Shown piece by piece: positions 20,862-29,972 of a stretch of DNA of 64,000 bases; the first letter of the stretch is position 1; each line of letters starts with the position of its first letter. Under the pieces are notes generated by a model. The model saw only the letters and a list, made by a program, of their open reading frames with translations, made no database searches and was not told where the DNA came from. The DNA is from Myxococcales bacterium. Lineage in GTDB: Bacteria; Desulfobacterota; Binatia; HRBIN30. The stretch is from NCBI GenBank assembly GCA_037445065.1, contig JBBILD010000001.1, forward strand, positions 96,001 to 160,000, in the 5' to 3' direction. Made by a program: the position numbers and the translations under genes.

Positions 20862-22055
20862 TCAACGTTGCACCACCGTGGCAGCAAGGCGATGACTGCG
20901 CCGGATTTCCCGGGCAACCCGCTGTGCTTGTTTGGGGCTCGGGAAATCTCCTACCGTCACCCGATACACGGCCTGGCGCTTGGATCGGCCCTGTTCGATT
21001 TTGGCGGGGTAGCCGGAGCGGTCGAGCGATTTTTGTACCCGCTCTGCGAGCGCATAGTCCCGAAAGTTGCCCAGACGCACTGCGTAGGCCGAGCGTTTCT
21101 GTGCGCTTCCCTGCCCTACTTCGTCACCCCCGCCGCGTGTGGTCTCGCCGCTCCCTGCCACTTGCAGAGTTTCAGGAAATACCTCCGGCCACGATTCACC
21201 TTCCAATGCTGCGGCCAGCAGGCGTTTGATATCCCCCCATAGATCAGTGGAGCCGAGCACTGCAAAACTGACGCTCCGCTCACCCGCCCAAGCTGCGCCG
21301 ACGAAGCAGCGTTTTGCCGCCCGAGTCCACCCTGTTTTGCCCACAACTCGAAGGTGGTAGTCGCCGAGCAAGCGATTGTGATTGCGAAGCGCAATGCGTC
21401 GCATTGAGCCTGACGTCGGCCGGATCTCTCCCGTACGCGTGCTCACGATTGCTTCGAACAAAGGATGGCGGAGTGCATACCGGAAAATGACGGCCAAGTC
21501 CCGCGCACTCGATACGTGCCGATCATCGGGCAACCCGTGAGGATTGACAAAGTGTGTGTTTCGCGCCCCCAATTTCCAGGCCAGCGCATTCATCCGTTCC
21601 GCGAAGGAAGCAACCGAGCCTGCCAACCCCTCGGCAATGACCACACTGGCGTCATTGGCCGAATTGAGCAGCACCGCGTAGACAAGATCCGCAAGCCGCA
21701 GGGTCATTCCCGGTTTGAGCCCCAGCTTTGAAGCCGGGGTCGCCGCAGCTTCTTTGGAAACCGGAAAGGACTCCTGCATACGTCCGCTCTGGATTGCCAG
21801 CAGGGCAGTGACCACTTTCGTTGTGCTGGCGGGGGGTAGGGGCGTATCCGGCTCGTGTGCCCACAACACGGACCCGGTTGCGTTGTCCAGCACGATTGCG
21901 GCACGAGCCGTGAGCAGGCGGGGTGAGTTCCCTCCGTTCGCGGCTTCGACACCGGACGCACCCCACCCCGCAGCCCAAAACGCGATGACCGCCAAAAAAC
22001 GCCATGTCCGCACCTGCACCACCTCCTCAGCCGCGAGTTTCCTCCAACCCAACAC
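20862..22055 (-). CDS. D-alanyl-D-alanine carboxypeptidase (peptidase S11) with C-terminal SPOR domain
   Basis: SxxK (ASTTK), SAN, NPHGL, KTG motifs; C-terminal YAVRLGNF...YRVTVGDF SPOR pattern. Confidence 0.88.
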   Translation of the reverse strand: MLGWRKLAAEEVVQVRTWRFLAVIAFWAAGWGASGVEAANGGNSPRLLTARAAIVLDNATGSVLWAHEPDTPLPPASTTKVVTALLAIQSGRMQESFPVSKEAAATPASKLGLKPGMTLRLADLVYAVLLNSANDASVVIAEGLAGSVASFAERMNALAWKLGARNTHFVNPHGLPDDRHVSSARDLAVIFRYALRHPLFEAIVSTRTGEIRPTSGSMRRIALRNHNRLLGDYHLRVVGKTGWTRAAKRCFVGAAWAGERSVSFAVLGSTDLWGDIKRLLAAALEGESWPEVFPETLQVAGSGETTRGGGDEVGQGSAQKRSAYAVRLGNFRDYALAERVQKSLDRSGYPAKIEQGRSKRQAVYRVTVGDFPSPKQAQRVAREIRRSHRLAATVVQR

Positions 22056-22115
22056 ACAGCATGCGCCAAGACACCCAGCGCTGTCAACGGAAAGTCAACA
22101 GGCGAATTCCTCCAG

Positions 22116-23219
22116 CTATTGAGCCCGCAGGTCTTCGTCAAGCCACGGCGCCGCTGGTGCAGCGTGTGTCAGCACCGAGCGGAACAGAAACACACTGAGA
22201 ATGAGAGGCAGCACGTAGTACGCGACACGAAAAATCAGTACTGCAATGACCGCGACCTCGAATGGCACGCCCAATCCGGCAAAGATGGCGGCCATTGAGC
22301 CTTCCATGATTCCCAGACCACCCGGAATAAACGACACCAAGGACAAGACAATCCCAACTGCGAAGCCAACAATCACGAAACTGAAGGGTAAAGGATAACC
22401 CACGGCCAGAAACGCCGTGTGCAGGATGAGCAGAGTTGCCACCCAGTCTACCGCGATCCAGAAAATCGGCCCCAGCATGTGGGTCTTCCGTTCCATCAAG
22501 AACTCGATGCCGCGGTCTAGATTTCTTTGAAAACGCCAGATCCGAACACGCCGGAGTTTGAGCCGGGGGGCTACCCGGTGCACTAGCCAGTGCCCTACCT
22601 CGGCGAGCAAAAACAAGGTGCGCCGGCGCACGCGGCGGTGAATGAGTAAGAAAACGGCAATCAGGGACGCGATGGTGAAAACCGCGGTAAGCACGGCGCT
22701 GGTGATGAGTGTGAGGCCAGTGAGTTCGTGGGTTTTGAGCAGGTAGAAAAACCCGGCAAGCACGAACAGCAGCAACATCAGGTTGGTGATGAACGTTTGC
22801 ACCAAGGAAATCGTCACGGCTCGCCCAGACGGCACCTTGAGCCGCAGAAAGAAGTACATCCGCACGGCAAAACCGCTGAGCCCTCCACTCGTGATCAAGT
22901 GGTTGATGGTGTTTGCGACGAAGGTCACCTTGAGCATGTCCCAGAACGGGACCCAGTACCCGGCAGCGCGCGCAATGTCTTGATAGGACCGGGCCATCGC
23001 CACATAACTCGCCATGGAGCACAGCACGGGTAAAAGCAGGCGGGAGGGGTGCACCTTTTGCGTCGTGCGCCAAAGCTCGCGTGCATCGGAAAACGCAAAA
23101 AGAGCCACCAAAGCCGCGAGGCCGAAAACCAGCAGCCAGGAAAGCCACTGTGGCCGCCGCAATAGGCGCTGGGCGAGAGGATCCGCCGCCGCAACCTCGG
23201 CATTGGAGTTTTTTGCCAT
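22116..23219 (-). CDS. Lysylphosphatidylglycerol synthase TM-region / flippase-like membrane protein (UPF0104)
   Basis: Multi-TM protein, PGGLGIMEG motif, LIFRVAYY. Confidence 0.82.
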   Translation of the reverse strand: MAKNSNAEVAAADPLAQRLLRRPQWLSWLLVFGLAALVALFAFSDARELWRTTQKVHPSRLLLPVLCSMASYVAMARSYQDIARAAGYWVPFWDMLKVTFVANTINHLITSGGLSGFAVRMYFFLRLKVPSGRAVTISLVQTFITNLMLLLFVLAGFFYLLKTHELTGLTLITSAVLTAVFTIASLIAVFLLIHRRVRRRTLFLLAEVGHWLVHRVAPRLKLRRVRIWRFQRNLDRGIEFLMERKTHMLGPIFWIAVDWVATLLILHTAFLAVGYPLPFSFVIVGFAVGIVLSLVSFIPGGLGIMEGSMAAIFAGLGVPFEVAVIAVLIFRVAYYVLPLILSVFLFRSVLTHAAPAAPWLDEDLRAQ

Positions 23220-23339
23220 CGTGCCAACGCGTGAAAGAAGCAGCGAATTACTTTTGCTGCGAGGAGAGGTCAAGGATGCTCGAACTTGTGGGCTTGCCAG
23301 CGAGTCGCTAAGCAGGGGCGTACTCTCGTTGGCGCGCCT

Positions 23340-23639
23340 ATGTTTGTGATCGCGAACTTACTTGTGGCTCTGGCGCGTGTTCTAGACCTCCTGCTCCACA
23401 TCTACAGTTTGATCCTGATTGTCCGTGTCATTGTGTCTTGGGTCAATGCTGACCCGTACAATCCGCTCGTGCGCTTCTTGTACCAGGCCACCGAGCCGTT
23501 GCTGTACCGGGTCCGACGTGCTCTGCCGGTTGTGTACGCGGGGATCGACTTTTCCCCCCTCGTGGTACTGATCGCGATTTTTTTCTTGCAGGGGTTTTTA
23601 GTGACTACGTTGCAAGACATCGCAGCGTCTCTGCGGTGA
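23340..23639 (+). CDS. YggT-family membrane protein
   Basis: RVIVSWVN.DPYNP...TEPLL..VRR.LP...IDFSP. Confidence 0.9.
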   Translation: MFVIANLLVALARVLDLLLHIYSLILIVRVIVSWVNADPYNPLVRFLYQATEPLLYRVRRALPVVYAGIDFSPLVVLIAIFFLQGFLVTTLQDIAASLR

Positions 23640-23647
23640 GGCTCGCG

Positions 23648-23676
23648 TTGACAAGGATGGGGCCAGTGATTATCGC
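23648..23676 (+). promoter_or_regulatory. Possible sigma70 promoter for the FmdB-family gene
   Basis: Perfect TTGACA, 17-nt spacer, weak -10 TATCGC; upstream of the AGGAGG RBS and GTG 23719. Confidence 0.3.
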
Positions 23677-23718
23677 GCTTGCCGCGTTTCATCTAGCTGT
23701 TGATGCAGGAGGGATCCG

Positions 23719-24015
23719 GTGCCGATTTACGAATACATGTGTGAAACCTGTGGTGAGTTCGAAGTGACCCAGCGCATCACCGATCCTCCGCTCAAACGGT
23801 GCCCGACTTGTCGGAGTAAAGTGCGCAAGCTGATCTCGGCTAGCTCTTTCCAACTGAAAGGATCTGGTTGGTACCTGACCGATTACGCCCGCAGTGGCAG
23901 TGGGAAGTCGGCAGGTGGAGAGGAGAAGTCGGGGAGCGCCGCAACGGCTGGCGAGGTGAAGACGGAAGCAAAGGCGGGAGGAAAGGGATCGGCTGCGGCG
24001 TCCACAGGTTCCTGA
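23719..24015 (+). CDS. FmdB-family zinc-ribbon regulatory protein
   Basis: MPIYEYMCETCG...CPTC...FQLKGSGWYLTDY, low-complexity tail. Confidence 0.9.
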   Translation: MPIYEYMCETCGEFEVTQRITDPPLKRCPTCRSKVRKLISASSFQLKGSGWYLTDYARSGSGKSAGGEEKSGSAATAGEVKTEAKAGGKGSAAASTGS

Positions 24016-24230
24016 CAGCCACGGCCTAGGGCCCTCAGCGAGCCCGTGCCACGAGCACCAGTCTCGGCGATAGAATTTCCCGCCTTCTGGCGGAGTGCGC
24101 TCTTCGCGCAGAAGTTCTGCCGAACGGCAACGTGCGATGCCTATGCCTGAGCAGCGCACGTTGCGAAAAGATCAGGTCGTTGGCGCCTGGTCCAGGGCGG
24201 GCACAGGAGCTTGGGCGCTATAGAGCCGCA

Positions 24231-26021
24231 CTAACGGGCGCCGCGATTTTGCGGAGCCGGGGGACTTGCCAGGGCTTTGCTGCGGCTTGGATGGCGCAGT
24301 TTGCGTAAGGCCTTCGCCTCGATTTGCCGGATTCGCTCCCGGGTGACCGCAAAACGCTGACCAACCTCCTCGAGGGTGTAATCCGAACGCTCACCGATTC
24401 CAAATCGCATGCGCAAGATTTGCTCCTCGCGAGGCGTGAGAGTGGCCAGAACCCGCCGGGTTTGCTCTTCGAGGCTGGAGAAAACGGCGGCGTCCGCCGG
24501 GGAAATGGTCTGCCGGTCTTCCACGAAATCCCCTAGGGAGCTGTCTTCCTCGTCTCCGATCGGAGTTTCCAAGGACACCGGTTCTTTGACGATGCGCAGG
24601 ACCTTGCGGACCTTCTCGATCGGCATTTCCATCCGTTCGGCAATCTCCTCCGGAGTGGGTTCGCGGCCGAGTTGTTGAACTAAATACCGGGAGGAACGCA
24701 CCACTTTGTTGATCGTCTCGATCATGTGCACAGGAATACGGATCGTTCGCGCCTGGTCCGCGATTGCCCGACTGACAGATTGCCGAATCCACCAGGTCGC
24801 ATACGTCGAGAATTTGTACCCGCGCTGGTACTCGAATTTTTCCACGGCACGCATGAGCCCGATGTTGCCTTCTTGAACAAGGTCTAAGAAGCTGAGGCCG
24901 CGGTTCGTGTACCGCTTCGCGATACTGACGACGAGCCGTAGGTTGGCCTCGATCAGCCGTTTTTTGCCGGCGTCTGCCTTTTGCTCGCCCTCGCGGATCA
25001 CCTGCAGGGCCTGCGCAAGCGCGGAATGGCTCATGCGAACGCTGCGCTCCAGCTCGTGCAGTTGCTTTCGTGCTGCTTGAATTTCATCTGCCGCGCGTCG
25101 TACCTCCTCTGCGCTACGCCGGCCCTTACCTCCCTCCTCGCCGATGCCCTTTCCCCGAGCAGCGAGTCGCAAAGTTTGTTGCGCCGAGCAACCGAGGCGC
25201 CCCTCCCAGCGCCGCAGAATCTCCCGCTGCACCTCCATTTCCTTGTCAACCCGGCGCAGGTGCTCCACGATTTTGCGAAAATGCCGCCGACCAACCTCGA
25301 GTTCCTGTACCAGTTGAGCAAAGCGCTGCTGCAATCGGTCTGCTTTTTTGGTATCCGCACCTTTCCGCTGGGACAAAGTTTGCCGACGCGCTCCAGCCCT
25401 CCGGCGAGCACTTAACTCGGAGGCGACTCGGACCAGTTCTTTGAGCCGCCTCAAGCTCTCTTGTTGCTGCGCTTCGACCCGTGTGGCCTCGGCCTCTTCG
25501 TCGCCTTCCACACTTTCTTCCTCGGATGGCTCGGGATCTTCGTCGTACAAATCTCGCAGCGGTGCTTCCCCGTTGAGGATCTGTTCTGCCAACCCGACCA
25601 GGTATTCCCGCGTGAACGGCAAAGACAAGATCTGATCTCGCACGATCCGTTCGCCAGCCTCGATTTGCTTGGCGATCTCCACTTCCTGCTCGCGGTTGAG
25701 GAGGGCTACAGAGCCCATTTCTTGCAGGTACATCCGGACTGGATCGGAATGATCCTCGGCCAGAGCTTTTTCTTCTGGCTCTTCGTCACCCCAATCGTCC
25801 TTGTCCTCGTCCTTGGGGGCGACTTCGTTCAGTGGCTCGACCGCCTCCGCGTCGATTTCTTCGAGAACAGAAATCGGCGCCTCGAAGTCTGGATCGGTCG
25901 GAACTTCGGGACCCAGAGGGAGTAACGATTCGGCAGCATCGTGAGCCATGGGTGGCGGCAAAGAGCGCCCTTGAACGTTTGCCTGAGAACCCCGTTTGTG
26001 GGAAGCTCGCTTCGTGCTCAC
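24231..26021 (-). CDS. rpoD: RpoD/sigma70-family sigma factor (group 1/2-like)
   Basis: Region 1.2 [11 protein letters not shown], region 2 [13 protein letters not shown]...[12 protein letters not shown], region 4 TLEEVG...[21 protein letters not shown]. May be a paralog rather than the primary sigma. Confidence 0.85.
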   Translation of the reverse strand: MSTKRASHKRGSQANVQGRSLPPPMAHDAAESLLPLGPEVPTDPDFEAPISVLEEIDAEAVEPLNEVAPKDEDKDDWGDEEPEEKALAEDHSDPVRMYLQEMGSVALLNREQEVEIAKQIEAGERIVRDQILSLPFTREYLVGLAEQILNGEAPLRDLYDEDPEPSEEESVEGDEEAEATRVEAQQQESLRRLKELVRVASELSARRRAGARRQTLSQRKGADTKKADRLQQRFAQLVQELEVGRRHFRKIVEHLRRVDKEMEVQREILRRWEGRLGCSAQQTLRLAARGKGIGEEGGKGRRSAEEVRRAADEIQAARKQLHELERSVRMSHSALAQALQVIREGEQKADAGKKRLIEANLRLVVSIAKRYTNRGLSFLDLVQEGNIGLMRAVEKFEYQRGYKFSTYATWWIRQSVSRAIADQARTIRIPVHMIETINKVVRSSRYLVQQLGREPTPEEIAERMEMPIEKVRKVLRIVKEPVSLETPIGDEEDSSLGDFVEDRQTISPADAAVFSSLEEQTRRVLATLTPREEQILRMRFGIGERSDYTLEEVGQRFAVTRERIRQIEAKALRKLRHPSRSKALASPPAPQNRGAR

Positions 26022-26260
26022 GCCGCTCTACTCCTCTTCGAATCGACCGAGTCCCTTACCGTTACGGAACCTGCCCTCGCTGGCGGGAAGAACGCACGGT
26101 TGGCTGACGTCGTAGGTGGGGCTCGCGAGCAAAAATGAGCGCACCTCGGCAGCGCGAGGTTTCGGGTGCGACGCGGGAGCCCAACACGGAGTCTGACGGC
26201 ACGAATGCCACGAGTACCGAGACGTCAACGGCCGCCATTTAGACGCCGGGTCTCGGGCCG

Positions 26261-28765
26261 TCAAGAAGACGTCGACGGCGGCTGGTTCGTCGCCGGAGCC
26301 GCTGGTTCCGAGCGCCGTGTCTCGGGGGCCGCGAAGTTCCGTAAACCTTCGGCAAGCGAGCGCAACCGCTGCGCAACGAGCCAGTGTACCGTACCTTCTT
26401 CCCCCAGCGAACCAGCTCTGACACCGGTCAGGACTTCCAGACCTTCATCAATGTTGCGAATCGGGTACAGGTGAAACTGCCCGGCGCGGATTGCATCCAC
26501 GACTTCCGAGCGTAGTACGAGCTGTTGGACGTTTTGTGCCGGCATCACCACACCTTGAGAGCCGGTGAGACCCACTACTTTGCAAGTCGCGAAGAACCCC
26601 TCCACCTTCTCGTTGATGCCACCGATGGGCTGGATTTCACCCCACTGGTTCACACTCCCCGTGACCGCGAGGTCCTGCCGCAACGGTAGGCCACTCAGCG
26701 CGGAAAGAATCGCGAACAGCTCGGTGGCCGAGGCGCTGTCACCATCGACCCCGGAGTACGACTGCTCGAAGCAAATACTGGCAGTCAGGCTGAGAGGAAA
26801 ATCCTGCGCGTAAGTACGCCGCAGGTAGCCCGTTATGATGAGTACGCCTTTGTCGTGCGTCCGGCCGCTGAGTTGAGCCTCCCGCTCGATGTTGATGATT
26901 CCCTGGTTGCCCATGGAGACCGCGGCGGTAACCCGCGAGGGTCGCCCAAAGTCGTAGCCTCCTACGTTGAGAACAGCGAGCCCGTTGACCTGTCCCACCC
27001 GCTTCCCAGCAACGTCGAGGAGCAGGATTCCATCTCGAACCAGCTCTCGCACCCTTTCCTCTACCCGGTTCAAGCGAAAGATGCGCTGCTCGATGGTTTG
27101 TAGCACGTGCGCTCCATCGACCTCTGCGGCTCCCTCTTGCCGCGCCCAGAAGGTGGCTTCGCGCATGATGTCAGCAATCTCACTCAATTGGCTGGGAAGC
27201 TTGTTGCGATGCTCAACGGAACGCGCACCGTATTCGATCAAGCGTGCTACCGCGTTTGCGCGAAACGGGGGCAAGCCTTCCTTGCGAGCAATGCGAGCCA
27301 CCTGCGATACGAATTGAGCGCGCGCCGTCGCTGCATCGACGTCGAACCCGAAATCTGCGCGAACTTTGAAAATCTCCCGGAACTCATCATCGAGGAAGTA
27401 CAAGATTTGGAAGACCTCTGCCGGACCAACCAGCACCACCCGCACCGCAACCTCCATCGGCTCCGGCTTGAGGGTGGTGGTCGCAAGAAGGGCAAATGGA
27501 TCGTACGCCTCGATTTCGAGTTTTCCACTCTTGAGGCAGCGCTTTAGTGCTCGCCAGACCAAAGGCTCGGAGAGCACGTCCACGATGTTGAGCACGATGC
27601 AGCCGCCGTGCGCCCGCAACAGCGAGCCTCCTTGGACGCGCGTGAAGTTCGTGACCAGCTTTCCGAACGGATCGACAATCCGTTCCACCGCCCCGAAAAG
27701 ATTCTTGTATGTGGGGGAGTTCTCCACAATGACCGGGGCGCCCGGGCTGTCACTGTTGTCAACGAGAACGTTGACTTGATAATCCAGGAAGGCGCTCTCG
27801 GCGAGCGCGGCTGGGGAGAACGGCATCGGCAGGGGCAAGGGAATCGGGAGTGGGCTTTGCGTGAGTTCTCGAACCGGTTCGCGGAAAAGGTCGAGGTTGT
27901 CGAGCATGTGCTCGCGGACCTCGTTCAAGTACTGGTGCACCTCGGGAAGATCGTAACGTTGGGCAATCTCTTCAATGAGCGGGTGGATAACCTCAGCTGC
28001 GACTCTTCGCTCTACCGCCTTGATCTCCCGCGCTAAACGGCGGCCAAGCGCCTGTTGCCTGCGCAACATGGCTTTGAGTTCGCGCGACACCTCACGCTCC
28101 CGCCGCCGCAGGTCTTCTTGCTGCTCGGGACTCAAGCGTTCCAGCTCTTGAGGGTTCATGGGCTCTCCGTCAGCCTTGATCGGGATGAACAGAATCCCGC
28201 CTTGCGGATGAGCCTGCAGCAAGAAGCCCTTTTCCGCAGCGCGCCGCTCCATTTCCCGGGCGATTTCCTCGCCCTCGTGCCCAAAGCGCTCAGCCAGTTG
28301 TTCCTTTTCTTCCTCGAACGTTTCTTGGCGGAATGTTTCTGGCAGGAGGCGCTGCAAGTCTTCGACAAGTTCCTGCATATCGCGGCGCAGTTGCTTGCCT
28401 TTCCCGGCGGGCAGAAAAAGGGCGCGTGGCCGATCCCGGTTCTGGAAGTTTTGGACGAGCACCCGGTCCCCTGGCACGGGGAAGTGTGCCGTGAACTGCC
28501 GCAGCAGCTCACCAATCGCGTGCTCTTTGTCCGTGCCCGTTAAACCAACGACGTAGACGTTGAAACCCCGATCCGGTACATGGACTGCGAGCTGCAGTGC
28601 CGCGAGCGCGCGATCCTGCCCAAACCATGGGGGTAGCTCTGCGACCTCGTCCGTTGTCCGGAAGCCGAGCTCTTCCGGGGAGACAACAAACGCTGCCTCT
28701 TCGGGTAAAAGACGCCTCGGGGGCGAGGCCGGCTGGACCTCGCCGGGACGTTCAAGGGCATCCAT
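26261..28765 (-). CDS. Lon-like S16 protease, LonC / AAA_32 type
   Basis: FGQDRA, coiled-coil insertion, GSLLRAHGG, GQVNGL, FEQSYSGVDGDSAS (catalytic Ser), IGGINEKVEGF (Lys). Walker A appears degenerate (GLTGTDKE). Confidence 0.9.
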   Translation of the reverse strand: MDALERPGEVQPASPPRRLLPEEAAFVVSPEELGFRTTDEVAELPPWFGQDRALAALQLAVHVPDRGFNVYVVGLTGTDKEHAIGELLRQFTAHFPVPGDRVLVQNFQNRDRPRALFLPAGKGKQLRRDMQELVEDLQRLLPETFRQETFEEEKEQLAERFGHEGEEIAREMERRAAEKGFLLQAHPQGGILFIPIKADGEPMNPQELERLSPEQQEDLRRREREVSRELKAMLRRQQALGRRLAREIKAVERRVAAEVIHPLIEEIAQRYDLPEVHQYLNEVREHMLDNLDLFREPVRELTQSPLPIPLPLPMPFSPAALAESAFLDYQVNVLVDNSDSPGAPVIVENSPTYKNLFGAVERIVDPFGKLVTNFTRVQGGSLLRAHGGCIVLNIVDVLSEPLVWRALKRCLKSGKLEIEAYDPFALLATTTLKPEPMEVAVRVVLVGPAEVFQILYFLDDEFREIFKVRADFGFDVDAATARAQFVSQVARIARKEGLPPFRANAVARLIEYGARSVEHRNKLPSQLSEIADIMREATFWARQEGAAEVDGAHVLQTIEQRIFRLNRVEERVRELVRDGILLLDVAGKRVGQVNGLAVLNVGGYDFGRPSRVTAAVSMGNQGIINIEREAQLSGRTHDKGVLIITGYLRRTYAQDFPLSLTASICFEQSYSGVDGDSASATELFAILSALSGLPLRQDLAVTGSVNQWGEIQPIGGINEKVEGFFATCKVVGLTGSQGVVMPAQNVQQLVLRSEVVDAIRAGQFHLYPIRNIDEGLEVLTGVRAGSLGEEGTVHWLVAQRLRSLAEGLRNFAAPETRRSEPAAPATNQPPSTSS

Positions 28766-28768
28766 CGC

Positions 28769-29143
28769 TCAGGATCGGCGGATATGAATGCGCAAGCAAC
28801 CGTCCTCGAGCCGGGCTTCCACCGCCTCGGCTGGCACCGCTTCGGGGAGTCTGAAGGAGCGGAGAAACGTGACGTCTCGAGCGGATCGGGCGTAGCCATA
28901 CGAGCCGAGCTGCCGGGATCGTTTGCTTCGTTTGGCTCCGCGCACCGTCAGTTCCTTGCCGTGCACTTCCACAAGGAGATCCTCGGGCGCCATATCCGGA
29001 ACCGGGATTTCGATCTCCCACCCGTCTGCAACTTCCCGGACTCGAGATGGAGCAATTCTCGTCTCCGTACCCCAGCGCCGCCGGACGAGTTCGTCGAACA
29101 GCCGGTCGATTTGCTCCATTAAAAGCGAGGGGACCTGCGACAT
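28769..29143 (-). CDS. Small heat-shock protein (Hsp20 / alpha-crystallin)
   Basis: FLRSFRLPEAV...VEARLEDGCLRIHI motif; 4 bp upstream of the Lon-like gene. Confidence 0.85.
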   Translation of the reverse strand: MSQVPSLLMEQIDRLFDELVRRRWGTETRIAPSRVREVADGWEIEIPVPDMAPEDLLVEVHGKELTVRGAKRSKRSRQLGSYGYARSARDVTFLRSFRLPEAVPAEAVEARLEDGCLRIHIRRS

Positions 29144-29361
29144 GTGTTTCGGTTACCACTGCTGCGCGCCAGTGGCAACGACGGGACCGCAGGCGGAGTA
29201 ACGAGGCCCCTCCTGGGCTGCCAGGAGAACAGGGTTACTTCTGGGCGGAATTAGAAGAACTCGGCAACGCGCGCGTTGCCTGGTGGTATGCGGATGGTAC
29301 GTTGTTCAAGCAAGCGAAGTTGGTTAGGACACGCTGGCTCGTCGTAAATGGAGTAACGCGC

Positions 29362-29946
29362 ATGGCAACGGTGGCAAAACAACAAAGAGTGGCAGAGGGG
29401 TTCTTAGCGCGGCTGCGTGCAGCGACTGGCCAGCCGCTGGAAGCGTCCGAAGCGTTCGCCGACAGTTTCGTGCTCACGAAGTTGGCAGATGCCGTCCAAT
29501 GGGCGCGCAAGTACTCTTTTTTCCCGTACCCTTTCGTAACCGCTTGTTGCGGGATGGAGTATATGTCCACCGCTGGCCCGCGCTTTGACATCGATCGTTT
29601 CGGAGCGGCGCTGCCGCGCTTCACTCCGCGTCAAGCGGACCTTTTGATGGTGGTCGGCACCATCACTCATCGGATCGCGCCGGTGTTGCGGCGTGTGTGG
29701 GAACAAATGGCGGAGCCGAAGTGGGTAGTTTCGTTTGGTGCCTGTACGTCTTCGGGCGGGCCTTACAACAACTATGCGGTGGTACAAGGGATCGACACGA
29801 TCGTTCCCGTGCACTTGTACATTCCCGGTTGCCCCCCGCGCCCCGAGGCGGTTCTGGACGGCCTGATCAAACTGCAAGAACGAGTGCAAAAAGAGCGAGG
29901 GAACCAGCGCGTGCCAGAGATTCACGGCAGCGGACGGGTGCTTTGA
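29362..29946 (+). CDS. nuoB: NADH-quinone oxidoreductase subunit B
   Basis: TACCGME, PRQADL, EPKWV..FGAC, YIPGCPPRPE. Confidence 0.93.
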   Translation: MATVAKQQRVAEGFLARLRAATGQPLEASEAFADSFVLTKLADAVQWARKYSFFPYPFVTACCGMEYMSTAGPRFDIDRFGAALPRFTPRQADLLMVVGTITHRIAPVLRRVWEQMAEPKWVVSFGACTSSGGPYNNYAVVQGIDTIVPVHLYIPGCPPRPEAVLDGLIKLQERVQKERGNQRVPEIHGSGRVL

Positions 29947-29972
29947 TTCCTGCGAGCACGGTGGGGAGCGCG

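Noticed and set aside
24127..24164. GCAACGTGCG/CGCACGTTGC inverted repeat between convergent genes
   Set aside because: A single 10-bp stem with a long loop and no clear U-tract on the + strand; insufficient to call a terminator or repeat family.
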